64,000 nt of DNA from Lepidodermella squamata (lineage: Eukaryota; Animalia; Gastrotricha), in assembly GCA_047495785.1 (NCBI GenBank), contig JBLDXI010000019.1, positions 3,100,001-3,164,000 of the forward strand, in the 5' to 3' direction. Below are positions 1-11,437 of the stretch, in pieces. The notes under the pieces are model-generated. The model saw only the letters and a list, made by a program, of their open reading frames with translations. It had not been told where the DNA came from and did no database searches. Made by a program: the position numbers and the translations under genes. The stretch's first letter is position 1. Each line of letters starts with the position of its first letter.

Positions 1-15
1 TTCGAAACAACTCAC

Positions 16-796
16 CTGTTAACTTGAATCTTGTGCCCCCTGTTTGAAAATTATTTTGCACCAAACCGTGAAAAATCCTTGAAACTTACGCCGTCCTCAC
101 GACTCCATAAATATCGCCTGTAATCGAAAAATGTAAAGATGGCGTTAGCCTAGGAAAATTCCTACCTGTATTAACCAAAGCTACATCCGGCCACCACAGC
201 TTTTTGAGTTAAGTTTCAGAACAATCATTCGAGTAAGGCATATTTTACCTCTTCAGCTGTGATATTTAAGGAAAATGTGTTCAGCCATTCCGATATATAG
301 AATTCCTAAGCATACCTGGTACCAGGAACTTCGGTACACAGCTCATGTTTGTATTGTTGTAGATCATGAAGTCGTCTCTCCAAGCTATGATCAAGTAACC
401 AGTCAGAATCATGGTTTCATCCTTCTCAACCTATTGAAACAAAAATGTGAAACATCGCAGATAGCTGACTTCATATTTTCATACAATGTTATTAACTCGC
501 TGAAGTACCAATGAAATGTCAACTTCGACTGGTTCCGTTGCATCCTTTCTCGGTCTTATTTGCTTTTTGTAATTGGCGAACAGATAGTTGTAAATTTCCT
601 TCTCGCTGACTGAAATGACGGATTTTCTTGAAATTACTTTGCAAAATAACTTAGCTATTTTACCAAGGCATTTTGCTAGCTCTTCGGAAGTGTCTCTTAC
701 TAGAAGATCCGAGGTGACATTACTTGAATTTTGAGCCATGATGCCGTGCACGGCCCCAAATAAAACAAGAATCAGCACGTTAAGTTTTGTTGTCAT
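16..796 (-). CDS. Cys-loop ligand-gated ion channel subunit (nAChR/5-HT3-like), 5' part; gene continues beyond the window start
   Basis: GT-AG exons 664-796, 485-609, 316-430, 249-256, 166-199, 90-117 and 16-39 splice in frame. Product: signal peptide ... YLFANYKKQIRPRKD..VEVDISLVLQRVNNIVEKDETMILTGYLIIAWRDDFM..VPAEELWWPDVALVNT. The RP, W-x-D and WxPD (loop A) motifs of pentameric channel ligand-binding domains are present. Confidence 0.9.
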
Positions 797-1397
797 GCTC
801 TAATGTTTCGATAATTCACATATGACTATAATGACTGGGGTTTTTCTGGAAGCCTCGATTTTATTTGATGTAATTCGATACCATTTACAGACGATTTTGA
901 GCTACGGATTTGTATGCGTAGAGAGTAGACGGGTCAATATTTACTCGTGTTAGCACGAGTTAGTTCAGCAAAATACAATAATTCGGTGTAAATATAGGCA
1001 AATATAGCGAATTCTTATATTCTTGGCTAGGAAAAATATAGGTTCAGCAGGTTCATAAAATTGGTGCCACCGTATACCGTATATTTGATTTTATTTCTCG
1101 ATGAAAACAATGCGATTAAAAGAAAACATCTTCATGATTTTACTTTTTGAGGGTGGGAAGGTGGAAAATCTTTGGATGTATGACTTTGAAGTACTTCGAA
1201 GCTTCCATAATTATATATCATTAGCTCTTATCGACGTGACGATATCGAATAGGGCCAATTTTCGCACCTGAAGATACGTTTTTTCAAATTCGATTCATTA
1301 CCAAATTTAGCCATGAATAGTTCTTTGGCAAAACGCTCGAATCACGTGATTTTTCAAGACGACAGACGAAAAAAGTTGTGCTTTTAATGACCATAAT

Positions 1398-1691
1398 ATC
1401 AAAGCTTTGAAGCAAGGGTGAATAGTTTTGTTCGTAGCCTCATCCAGTCCTATCGCAATCCACGGTTTATCGACAAGCTTCAGGTACTCAGCTCCGTAAC
1501 TGACTGATGCTCCATATATAGATAACACCCACAGTGATTCCTTCAACCATAACGCCAGCTTTGATCATTCCCAAAATACTGAACCTTTCCGTCTGGTACA
1601 TCACAGCATTCGGAGGCGAGGCGAGAGAGCGTTGTAGGAAACATGAAAAAGAGTGAGTTTACATTCCGATAATAAGCGAACACCAAAAAAC
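1398..1691 (-). pseudogene. Decayed duplicate of the SLC13 3' half
   Basis: Similar to 6325-6621 and 7413-7430 (VIYGASVSYGAEYL..DKPW.AIG.DEA.NKTI). It has a large internal deletion, frameshifts and has lost the original stop codon. Confidence 0.85.
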
Positions 1692-2078
1692 TGTGAGAAA
1701 AACATGAATTGTCAGGTGTTTTGGACGCATTAAAGTCGATTAATTTTCCCTGTGAAAACATTGGTTCACAAGCTAATCCAGGTTCCTACTTATGATTAGC
1801 CACTATTCAACCGATCGATGTGGATTTTACAGGAACACCTGACAAAAAGGCTTTCTTAGAAATAGAGCGATAAGGATTAACTAGGTCTACGCGCACAGTC
1901 GAGCAGTGAATCACCCCTTGACATCGCCAAGACGGCGGGACACCCACGCTAATATCCTTGATTCTCAACAAGGGTTCTCGATAAGGCTTCTCTTACCGAA
2001 AGAAATAACCTAATTTTGCTACCCGACCAGGTGCTTTCTCACATCCTAGCTGCATTGGCCGGCGGAAGGTAACCAGGC

Positions 2079-2085
2079 TATAAAA
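2079..2085 (+). promoter_or_regulatory. TATA box conserved upstream of the lectin-pseudoprotease copies (also 7820-7826 and 13055-13061)
   Basis: caggcTATAAAAacttc lies 44-45 nt before the ATG in all three copies that have a 5' end. GATAAG motifs occur upstream. Confidence 0.7.
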
Positions 2086-2122
2086 ACTTCGCAGCTCCAG
2101 TAAAATATCAACATTTCGAAAA

Positions 2123-3637
2123 ATGGCATTTCTACTTGCACTATTGTTAACGTTTATAACCCTCGTTGCAGGGCTCGACGATCCGTCAAATGCGGACCAA
2201 CCATGGCCGAGAGCTGATAACTTGCTTGCTTTCTTCCCAATGACTGGACAGTACAAATTGAAAGACGTCGGGCCATACAACGTTGAGGCTTGGAATTACG
2301 ACTCAATAACCGTCGGGTCCGGTCCATTCGGCGATCCAAATACCGCTCTTGGTACCAAAATACCATCAAGGCCCATCCTAGAGACTTCCCTTTCTAGATC
2401 AGGCTTAAGCCTGAATAAAACTTTCACGCTATCTTTTGCTTATCGTCGTCATACGGACAGCATAATGCCACGCCTCTTGGTTTCAATCAGTCCAACCCGG
2501 GGGCAGTATGATTCGATAAATATTCGCGCACAAGGAAAAAAGTTGGCAGTTCAACTAGGCTACAACCAAATCTTCTTTGACTCCGTACTCAACAGTGATG
2601 GAGCTTGGAGCTTTGTGACTATCACTCTGAATACACAGACAAAAGTGATTTCCGTTCTTGACCGATTTGGGAAAGGCGAAGTGACTACATATTATGAGAA
2701 ATATCGTTTCGGGGACATTAGTGAGCACAAGATTATCAGGGTAGGCAGCAGTCAATATGATGATTATGGTCTTGATCCGAATGATGGAATGGCTTGTGTT
2801 TCATTGTACAACGTCGAGCTGAACCCGCTAGAAGTAGCTCAACTCTCCCAGGCATGTCGAGCTGTGATCGGATCAGCGCCTTGCGGCTCACCGAGACTCC
2901 CCTTAACGCCCGTTCCGTCCTTCGTCAGAGGGAAGGCATTTGTTCCGTTACCAGGTCAATTCCCATGGCTAGCTTCGTTACGCAAGGACGGAACACATGT
3001 CTGTTCAGCAACCATTCTCGACCAAACTCGACTGCTGACAACAAAAGATTGCATCGACAAACAATCTCTTTCAGCCTACGACGTGGTAGTCGGTGCACAT
3101 GATCTGAAAGTCACAGAGAGCCACAGCAACACTCACAAAATTGCTCAAATAAAATCTGGGGATTCACTCACTGTCCTGCGAATTAATGGCGCCGTCGATC
3201 TGTCCAATCCATACGTCAACGACGCTTGTTGGTTCAGGACAGATCTTGACAAAGATCTGATAGAAGATGGAATATTTTTCGCTGGCTGGGGCAAAAACGG
3301 TCGCTATGGCCTGACAAGCCAAGGTGTGCCGCGGTACGTCACGGGCGATTTAATGTCAAGCAGCCAGTGTGGACTTCAATATGCGGACTTCAATTCCTCT
3401 AACGAAATTTGTTTTGACAATACTTCAACTGAGCCAGGAGTTCCATGCGATGGCGATCAAGGCAGTCCGTTATTGGCAGAAATCCTGTTGCAACGGGGTC
3501 TTAGCGAACGCCTAGGAGTTATAGGAGTCTTCTCCAAACGCGACGAAAGCTGCTCTAATGGCAAGCCTGGACGCTTTGTTAAGCTGAGTGCCGATCAAGT
3601 AGATTGGATAGCTAATGCCTTGGCTAATTTTATATGA
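2123..3637 (+). CDS. Secreted LamG/pentraxin-like lectin domain plus inactive trypsin-like serine protease homolog (copy 1)
   Basis: Intronless 504-aa ORF with a signal peptide. LamG_3-like motifs: LLAFFPM, FTLSF, WSFVTIT, SLYNVELNPLEVAQL. Trypsin fold: PCG linker, GQFPWLASL, HVCSATIL, AGWG. TTKDC replaces TAAHC and GDQGSP replaces GDSGGP. Confidence 0.88.
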   Translation: MAFLLALLLTFITLVAGLDDPSNADQPWPRADNLLAFFPMTGQYKLKDVGPYNVEAWNYDSITVGSGPFGDPNTALGTKIPSRPILETSLSRSGLSLNKTFTLSFAYRRHTDSIMPRLLVSISPTRGQYDSINIRAQGKKLAVQLGYNQIFFDSVLNSDGAWSFVTITLNTQTKVISVLDRFGKGEVTTYYEKYRFGDISEHKIIRVGSSQYDDYGLDPNDGMACVSLYNVELNPLEVAQLSQACRAVIGSAPCGSPRLPLTPVPSFVRGKAFVPLPGQFPWLASLRKDGTHVCSATILDQTRLLTTKDCIDKQSLSAYDVVVGAHDLKVTESHSNTHKIAQIKSGDSLTVLRINGAVDLSNPYVNDACWFRTDLDKDLIEDGIFFAGWGKNGRYGLTSQGVPRYVTGDLMSSSQCGLQYADFNSSNEICFDNTSTEPGVPCDGDQGSPLLAEILLQRGLSERLGVIGVFSKRDESCSNGKPGRFVKLSADQVDWIANALANFI

Positions 3638-3737
3638 ATGTTCTCCGAATAATAATTTGACTACTCTTTTGCCAATCGATGAGTTTTACGCCGGCGCTAT
3701 TCAGTGAAAGTTAATTTTTGACCATAATTTAGGCATA

Positions 3738-3862
3738 CCGTATTTCTCGAAAATATACCGCACTTCGAAAATATCCCCCCACTCCGATTAACCCCAACCC
3801 TTAAAAATTGTTTGTTCAATCAAACAAAAATATACCCCAGTGTATATTTTCGAAAAATACGG
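3738..3862. mobile_element. MITE, Tc1/mariner (pogo/Tc2-like ends)
   Basis: TA-CCGTATTTCTCGAAAATATAC ... GTATATTTTCGAAAAATACGG-TA: terminal inverted repeats with a TA target duplication. Confidence 0.8.
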
Positions 3863-6324
3863 TAATCTGTTATTCCCGATCAAGTGATGATCATGTTGAC
3901 TGCGTAGCTCTACTTTGGCTAAATTCATGTAAATTGTCTCCGAATGTAACGACGACTACTGTAATAAATATACCTGTTTGAGTTTCGCGGCTTTCACCGT
4001 TAAATATGATTAGATTTACGATTGTTTTGACTTAAAAAGTTGATCGGTTTTGTAACGCAACTCCTTGCGAGAAAATACTACTTTAAAGATACTATAAAGG
4101 GTAATAGGCGAAAGATCAGTGGTCAGTGGCGTAACCAGCCGTTCAATGAACTAGCAAAATGAAAACAAAAAACCCCTCTACGGCTTATTTTCTCTACAAA
4201 ATTGCTATATAGTTGTTGACCACACAAGAAGGCAAGCGGTTCCACGCAGCACTTACGCGCTAAAAAGCTAAATTTATAGGTCAGGTTATTTCTAACCGCT
4301 TCATCGCCCCAGAATGAGGAGGAAGGCGAGAGTTTCAGGAGATTTCGGGTTTATAAACGCACAACTTCGCGCACAACTTCGGACCACGGGGGCGACGCAA
4401 GAACAATAGGGCGCACCGAAGTATCCGAAGTGCGAAAACCATCCCGTATCACAATTTTCAGTATTCCGTTGTGGTTTCACACTGAACAGTGAAAAGTGCT
4501 CATTAGCATATTTCATCTTACGGAATACTGAAAATTGTTGATACGGGATGTTAGTCCACCTTATTGATGTAAGCCTGATTATTTGGGTTACAAAATAAAA
4601 GTCAACTCGTAGTTTTCGTAGTCTTATTTGTATTGTCTTGTCACTAAGTTCCAAACTTCAATACTGCCGACTTGTTTTCCCGGACAGGACGAAATTCCCT
4701 TTTCGCTGGGGCGAATGGCGAATTCAATTGCGCCTCCATACCACTCGTGCTATTCCCGATTTAGTGAATTTAATGCAATAGTTCAAACCTAATGAGATGA
4801 AGCTTCAGGGCCACTCAGACAGTGTCTAGGGTTGACAATTACGCCCTCTGAACTGCGCAGCCCAATATCGATCCATCTGCATTGGCCTGAATTCTTCCCA
4901 AAAATATTACAATCGCCGGGGTTACATTGGCATATTTTGAGCTGCTTTAGGCGGAGCGCGGAGCCATGCCACGACTTGCGCTCCTTGACTCGACCCTTGA
5001 CATTGACTAGTAATGTTGTTGCCGCGTGTGCTACTCTGCTTTGAAAACCGCACTCATCGGCATAATCATCACTGAATTAGCTATTTACGAGGCGACCATA
5101 CCGTGCGCTCAATTAGCTACCGCCCGCTGTGGGTGCAAACTGGTGCCCAAACCATTACTCATTAACCTGAGCAAACAAATTCCGCTCGCTCGCGAACGTT
5201 CCTCATCGAATTTGGCTAATTTATATCTGCGTTATGCCAATATGGAATCACTCCAATAACTGTAACGCAAATAAACTAAAGTCGTCTGAAATCGCTGTAA
5301 AACTCTCTAAGACTCCTTATAATGCAATATCGATTATGGAAACAATTTTCGTGCTGGGCTAAGACAACCAGATTTTGCAGCGATCGAATACAGTTTACTG
5401 GAAGAACAATTGGAATTACAATTGGAATGCGAGCGAAGCGAGAAATATTTGAAACCGCATCCATCCAAGTGAAGATTTTCGATAGAAAACGTCAATGAAA
5501 CCAAGTGATGTTAAGTACCGGATGGCAACCGTTGTAAATTTAATCATCGTCTAGGAAATTTCCGCCCCATCGTCGCTGTAATCACTGTTATTAATCGGCT
5601 CTCCTTCAGCATTTGAACCTTCATCATTATCATTGCGCTGAGATAAAGGTATAGAACCACTTGTTTTGGCGAAAAATTAGTCAACCGAGTCACTTTGTTT
5701 TAGCTAGCCGTATTAATTTACGTAATAGCCCGGGCTACTATTCGAGATGGGCTTCTAGGTCGATGTATCGTTGTTTGGGTGGGCTTCTATTCGAGATGGG
5801 CTACAATTCGCGAATGGGCTAGTATTTTTCGGTTAACTTGATACGATTATGCTTCTTTCGTTATGAAGAACGCGTCTACATCAAAATTAACAGCATTTTT
5901 CTAGATCGACCCCGTCGATTTAGTTCTGGGCCGCGGACGTCTGACAATGATATTAGAAGGACGCGCCGCTTATAATAGGGCAATACACTTCGCGCTCATG
6001 TTGCTGCCTTGCGTGCAGTAGAGCAATAGCTATAGGTTATAGGTGAAATAGTACAATAAGGTGCGTCAAGTATTAGCATGAGTTCGAATGTTGTCGAAGT
6101 CGCCGTCATTATCATCAGCTGTAATGTCGACGTTACGACATTAAATAAGGATAAGGCCCATTTTCACATCTTTGTGAACGCTTTGTGAAATTCATATCTG
6201 TTGATGCCTCATGCTCATTACGAAATGCCGCGCATGAATGGCTTTTTGGCACATCTGAATTACGACTTGTTCAAAATCTTTCCAGACGAAGTAGTTTTAC
6301 TCTTTTCGCGACATTATCAAAGCC

Positions 6325-9300
6325 TCAGAGTAAGCATTGGTAAATGGTTTTGTTTTTAGCTTCATCGAATCCTATCGCAAGCCACGGTTTATCGAAGAAG
6401 TGCAGGTACTCAGCTCCGTAACTGACTGATGCTCCGTAGATCACACCCACAGCGAGTACTTTAACGAAAATGCCAGCTTTGACCATTTCCAGAATACTGA
6501 ACTTTCCCGTCTGGAATATCACAGAATTCGGTGGCGAAGCGATCGGCAATAGAAACGCAAACGAGGTTGCGAGCGTCGAAGGAAAAGTGAATAGCAGTGG
6601 GTTTACTTTCCGATACGAAGCCTGTGTTGGAAGTTATTCTGAACAACATCTGGCGCCAAAAATCACTACCTTACCAATTTGATTAGGATTGGAACCATCA
6701 ACGCGGCACAAGCAGCATTTGAAAGCAGTTCTAATCACAAAAAGTTATTGGATGGACTATTCAATAATTTCATAACTCACCAGTAAGGATAAGCATGAAG
6801 ATTATCATGATAAGCAGAGCTAAATAGTCATCCAAAGGTTCGACAATATCCTGAATTAGCTTGGCAAGATAATCTGCTAGGCCAGTCTTTTCCGCCGCAT
6901 ATGCTGTAGCCTGGCCACCGCCCAAAAGCAGCAACAAACCGAACGGGAACATTTTCTCCGTGTCGGACCAGCTAACGACTGACTTTGGTAGAATAAAATT
7001 TCCGCTTTCCTCATCCCTGAAAGGAAGAGATACCGGGAAAGAGAACAAACTAAGAGCTACAAGCATTGCAGCGGTTGACTCTTTGACAAAACCTGTTAGA
7101 GCACGCTAAAAATAACATTTTTCGCTTAGTAAGGTTGTTAACCTGGCGCCATAAGCTCCCAGCCGATGATCGGAGACGTATCCAACTCTCGGGTGATGAA
7201 AAGCCCTATTAGGACGAGGCAATGTCCTAGAACAACGCCTTGCTTGAAATCGAAGGGCGGTAGGGCTTCGTAGATACTTCGAATGGTTGATTCAACTTGT
7301 TCGCTGTGACTGTCAAATGGGCTTTTTCGACAACCGAACGTATAAGCCGGGCCAAAGAAGTACAACAGCATCCATAGCCAGATGATAATGAGAAATACAA
7401 AGCTCATCGGTACAGCGAACACCATAAAGCTGTGGGAAAAACATGAGTTGTCAGGTGTTTTTGGACGCATGAAAGTAGGTTAGTTTTTTCCCTGTGAAAA
7501 CACTGGTTAATACGCTAATCCAGGGTTCTACTTAGGATTTAGCCACTTTCAAACCGATCGGTGTAAATTTACGGGAACACATGACGTACATGGCTTTGTC
7601 AGAAGTAGAGCGATAAGGATTAACTAGGTTTACACGCGCAGTCGAGCAGTGAGTCACTAGTCGACCTTCCCAAAAACGGCGGCACCCCTACGCTAATATC
7701 CGTGATTCTCAACTAGGGTTCCCGATTAGGCTGAACGAAATAAGCTTATTTTACTACCAGACCAGATGCTTTCTCACCTCTTACGCCCAGCTGCTTTGGT
7801 CCGCGGAAGGTGACCAGGCTATAAAAACTTCGCAGTTCCAATAAAATATTAACATTTCGAAAAATGGCATTCCTACTTGCACTATTGTTAACTTTTATAA
7901 CCCTCACTGCAGGGCTCGACGATCCGTCGAATGCGAACCAACCATGGCCGAGACCTGATAACTTGCTTGCTTTCTTCCCAATGACTGGAGAGCACATGTT
8001 GGAAGACGTCGGGCCATACAACATTGAGGCTGAGGATGACTTCCTCGACACAGTTACCGTCGAACCCGGCCCATTCGGTGATCCGAATACTGCTCTTGGT
8101 ACCTCCAGGAGTTCTCGTTCTCTCTTTACATTTTACTTCAGTGGGAAATTCAAGCTGAATACAACTTTCACGCTGTCTTTTGCCTATCGCCGTGATACCA
8201 GCACCTCCAAGCAGCGTGGATTTGTTTCCTTCAAACGACTCGACACGCCTCAGGCAATTGAAATTCTCGAGTATAGCGATGAGCAAATTGCTGTGAGGAT
8301 AGGCGACGAACGAATCATATTTGATTCTGTTATCAATTACAAAGGGGCTTGGAGCTTTGTGACTATCACTCTCAACACTAAGACAAGACAGATTTCAACT
8401 CTTGACCGATTTGGGAGAGGCGAAGTCAAAACTGTTAAACAATATCTCCATAACTTGGACAATGTCTTAGGAATGAAAGTAGGCGGCACCGATGTGTATG
8501 GTATTCACCGGAAGGATGGAATGGCCTGTGTTTCGATGTACAACATCGAGCTGAACCCCCACGAAGTAGCGCAACTTTCCCAGGCTTGCCGAGCTGTGAT
8601 TGGATCAGCACCATGTGGCACACCCAGACTCCCCCTAACGCCAGTTCCGACCTTTGTCAGTGGGAACGCGGTTGTCCCGAAACCAGGCCAATTCCCATGG
8701 CTGGCTTCGTTGCGTAAAAATGGCGTTCACGTCTGCTCGGCAATCATTCTCGACCAGACTCGACTGCTAACCACGAATGATTGCATAGACATACAGTCTC
8801 TTTCAAACTACGACGTAGTTGTCGGTGAACACGATCTGCTAGTCACGGAGAGCCGCAGCAAGATTCATACAATCTCTAAAATAAAAAGTGGGCCCTCATT
8901 CACTATCCTGCTAGTTAAAGGCGCCATCGATCTGTCTCTTCGACGTAATGGACGCGAACTTCAAACTCAATAAGACTCTCACACTATCATTTGCTTATCG
9001 ACGTCATACCGGCAGCTCCAAGCAGCGCGGCCTGTTTTCCTTCATACGCTCCGACACGGCCCAGCAAATTGAAATTTTAACTTTTGGGGATAAAGACATA
9101 GTTGTGAGGATAGGCGACGAAAATGTCTATTTCGACTCCGTTATCAATTTTAATGGAGCTTGGAGCTTTGTGACAATTACTCTGAACACTGAGACAAGAA
9201 AGATTTCAACTCTCGACAGATTCGGGAAGGGCGATGTGAGAACTGTCAATCAATTTTTCACGGACTTGAGCGATATTCGTGGAATCAGAGCAGGCGCCAG

Positions 9301-11437
9301 CAGAATTAACGGCCTTCAGTCAAATGATAGAATGGCATGTGTTTTCTTGTACGACGTCGAGCTAAACCCTGTCGAAGTTGCTCAACTCTCTCAAGCCTGC
9401 CGCGCTGTGGTTGGATCAACACCTTGTGGCTCTCCGAAACTTCCCCTAACACCAGTTCCTACCTACGTCAGAGGGAACGCAGTCGTCCCGAAACCAGGTC
9501 AGTTCCCATGGCTTGCTTCGTTGCGTAAGAATGGCAAACATGTCTGTTCTGCAACCATTCTCGACCAAACTCGGCTGCTGACCACAAAAGATTGTGCTGA
9601 CGAAAGATATGTTTCAGCATACGACGTAGTCGTCGGTGAACATGATTTGCTCGTCACGGAGAGCCATAGCAAAATTCATAAAATTGCTAAAATCAAAACT
9701 GGGGCGCAACTCGCTGTCCTGCTTATAAAAGACGTAATCGATCTGTCGAATCCATATGTCAACGACGCTTGTTGGTTGATGACAAATATTGATAAAGCGA
9801 TGCCCTCAGAATTTGGGGTACACTTCGCTGGCTGGGGCAAAAACGGTCGATATGGCCTGACAAGCCAGGGTCTATCGCGATACGTCTCGGGCGGTTTGAT
9901 GTCTTACAACGAGTGTAGACTTAAAGACCCCGGTCTAGACATCTACACCGAGGTTTGCTTTTCAAATAGTGGCACAGAGCAGGGAGTGCCGTGTGATGGC
10001 GATCAAGGCAGTCCGTTAGTGACTAAATTAATTTTAAAACAAGGTGTCAGCGAACGACTTGGAGTTACTGCGATCTTTTCCAAACCCGATAAACGCTGTT
10101 CGTCAACCGAGCTTGGACGTTTTGTCAATCTAAATGCCAAACAAGTTGATTGGATAGCTGATGCTTTGAAGAAGTTCATGTAAATGGTATATATGACTAC
10201 AAAGTGTTACATTTCATTAGGAGCTCAATAAGGGAAAATGCTACTTTAATAATATATCGAAAATAGCTGAAAGACTGCTTTAATTCAGTTTATCTTAAAA
10301 CTATGTTTCAAATTAAGTAATAAAATCAGGTTTCGGAAGTACTCTTAGTTTCATTTACGTACTCTGTCTTCGACTCATGAGGATTGCGCCGAAGATATTG
10401 AAGCGGCAAAGCCTAAAAACTCATGCCTCATGCCTTCTTTTCGCCCGAATGTGTTGAAATAAAATTTATCTCGCTCACATGTTACTGTAATATGTGGTAC
10501 TAACCTTAAAAAGTTCAAAGTGCTCGGACATCCACGGGCTGTGAATTCTTTGTCGATTTGCTCTTTGAAAATGAGATTTGGCGCGCAGCCAATGACTGTC
10601 CCAGACCCTCCGAGAACCGCACTGTATGCCACTGATAGAAGCAGCATGAATTCGAACTGTCTCAATAGTTCATTCCGCTTTTTGGGTTCAGGTTGTTGAT
10701 CATCTTTCTCCTGATCCGAGCCAGCAATTGAAGCTAGAGTGTTCACTGACGGCAGAGTTCGGTTTGGCAACCGAGTGTTCGATGCTTCAATGGCTTGCTC
10801 CAACTGCTCAGCTACAGCTGAGACGATTGGTACAAATAGAATGGTGGTCATTGAGTTTGAACACCACAAAGATAGAAACCAGGCTGAGAACATGAATCCT
10901 GCGAGGAGCCAGCGTGGTTTCGCCCCGACTGTGAGGAGTACTCCCAGGGCAAATCTTCGGTGAAGACCAACTTTTTCAAAAGCACTAACGACGAGAACAC
11001 TGCCTACAAACGTCATGTTGGACTCGGCCATGTACTCCGGAGCAAGATTGGATGCTTTGACCAGTGACATCAGTGGGAAGAGAACCATGGGTAGGATAGC
11101 TGTAACCTAAAAGATTGAATGCCTCCAAGAATTGTTCTAGAAATTATTGTGTTACTTACAGCTAAAGGCAAACATTCCGTTGTCCATAGTACTATCATAT
11201 AACCCAATACAAAAGCACATTTCATCGCTTTCTGAAATGTTTGTAAAATATGGATTGTTTACTACTGAACAGTCGAAATTTGCATACACTTAGAGCTGGA
11301 TCGTACTCGAAGCAGAAACATAGAGGAAGGAGAAGTAACGGTGTTACAGTTACTATCAGCAGCCTTCGCCAAGACCATAAAAACTCGAAGTAAGTCTTGC
11401 AATCGGCTTGCTCGCTGCTTCGCTTTGAAGACGTCAT
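6325..11437 (-). CDS. SLC13/DASS family Na+/di-tricarboxylate or sulfate cotransporter (Indy-like)
   Basis: Exons 11288-11437, 11160-11231, 10505-11106, 7143-7429, 6781-7092, 6675-6730 and 6325-6621 splice in frame. Motifs: TECLPLAVTAILP, LHRRFAL, LSLWCSN, AYSAVLGGSGT.IG.APNL, LLLLGGG, TELLSN, FLLPIASPPN. Confidence 0.93.
7864..8973 (+). CDS. Lectin-pseudoprotease copy 2a, truncated in the middle of the protease domain; nested antisense in the SLC13 intron
   Basis: Paralog of 2123-3637 up to GAIDLS (~8936), after which it runs out of frame into another copy. Confidence 0.75.
   Translation: MAFLLALLLTFITLTAGLDDPSNANQPWPRPDNLLAFFPMTGEHMLEDVGPYNIEAEDDFLDTVTVEPGPFGDPNTALGTSRSSRSLFTFYFSGKFKLNTTFTLSFAYRRDTSTSKQRGFVSFKRLDTPQAIEILEYSDEQIAVRIGDERIIFDSVINYKGAWSFVTITLNTKTRQISTLDRFGRGEVKTVKQYLHNLDNVLGMKVGGTDVYGIHRKDGMACVSMYNIELNPHEVAQLSQACRAVIGSAPCGTPRLPLTPVPTFVSGNAVVPKPGQFPWLASLRKNGVHVCSAIILDQTRLLTTNDCIDIQSLSNYDVVVGEHDLLVTESRSKIHTISKIKSGPSFTILLVKGAIDLSLRRNGRELQTQ
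8937..10183 (+). pseudogene. Lectin-pseudoprotease copy 2b lacking promoter, signal peptide and first ~70 codons; nested in the SLC13 intron
   Basis: Open frame (LFDV)MDANFKLNKTLTLSF... to a normal C-terminus. It is joined to copy 2a in a different frame. Expression status is uncertain. Confidence 0.65.

Larger units (their letters stand above)
1230..2950. repeat. Segmental duplicate of ~6125-8700 (SLC13 3' flank and exons, intron, nested-gene promoter and 5' CDS)
   Basis: Colinear nucleotide similarity, e.g. ccctgtgaaaa..gctaatccagg..agagcgataaggattaactagg..gcagtcgagcagtga..accaggctataaaaacttcgcag occurs at both loci. Boundaries are approximate. Confidence 0.85.

Noticed and set aside
2123-3637. 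Active trypsin-like protease
   Set aside because: The catalytic His and Ser are replaced and the activation site is absent.
10375-10504. C-terminal tail of the ORF 10375-11088 as the true SLC13 end
   Set aside because: Read-through into the intron after the GTTAG donor; homology resumes at 7429.
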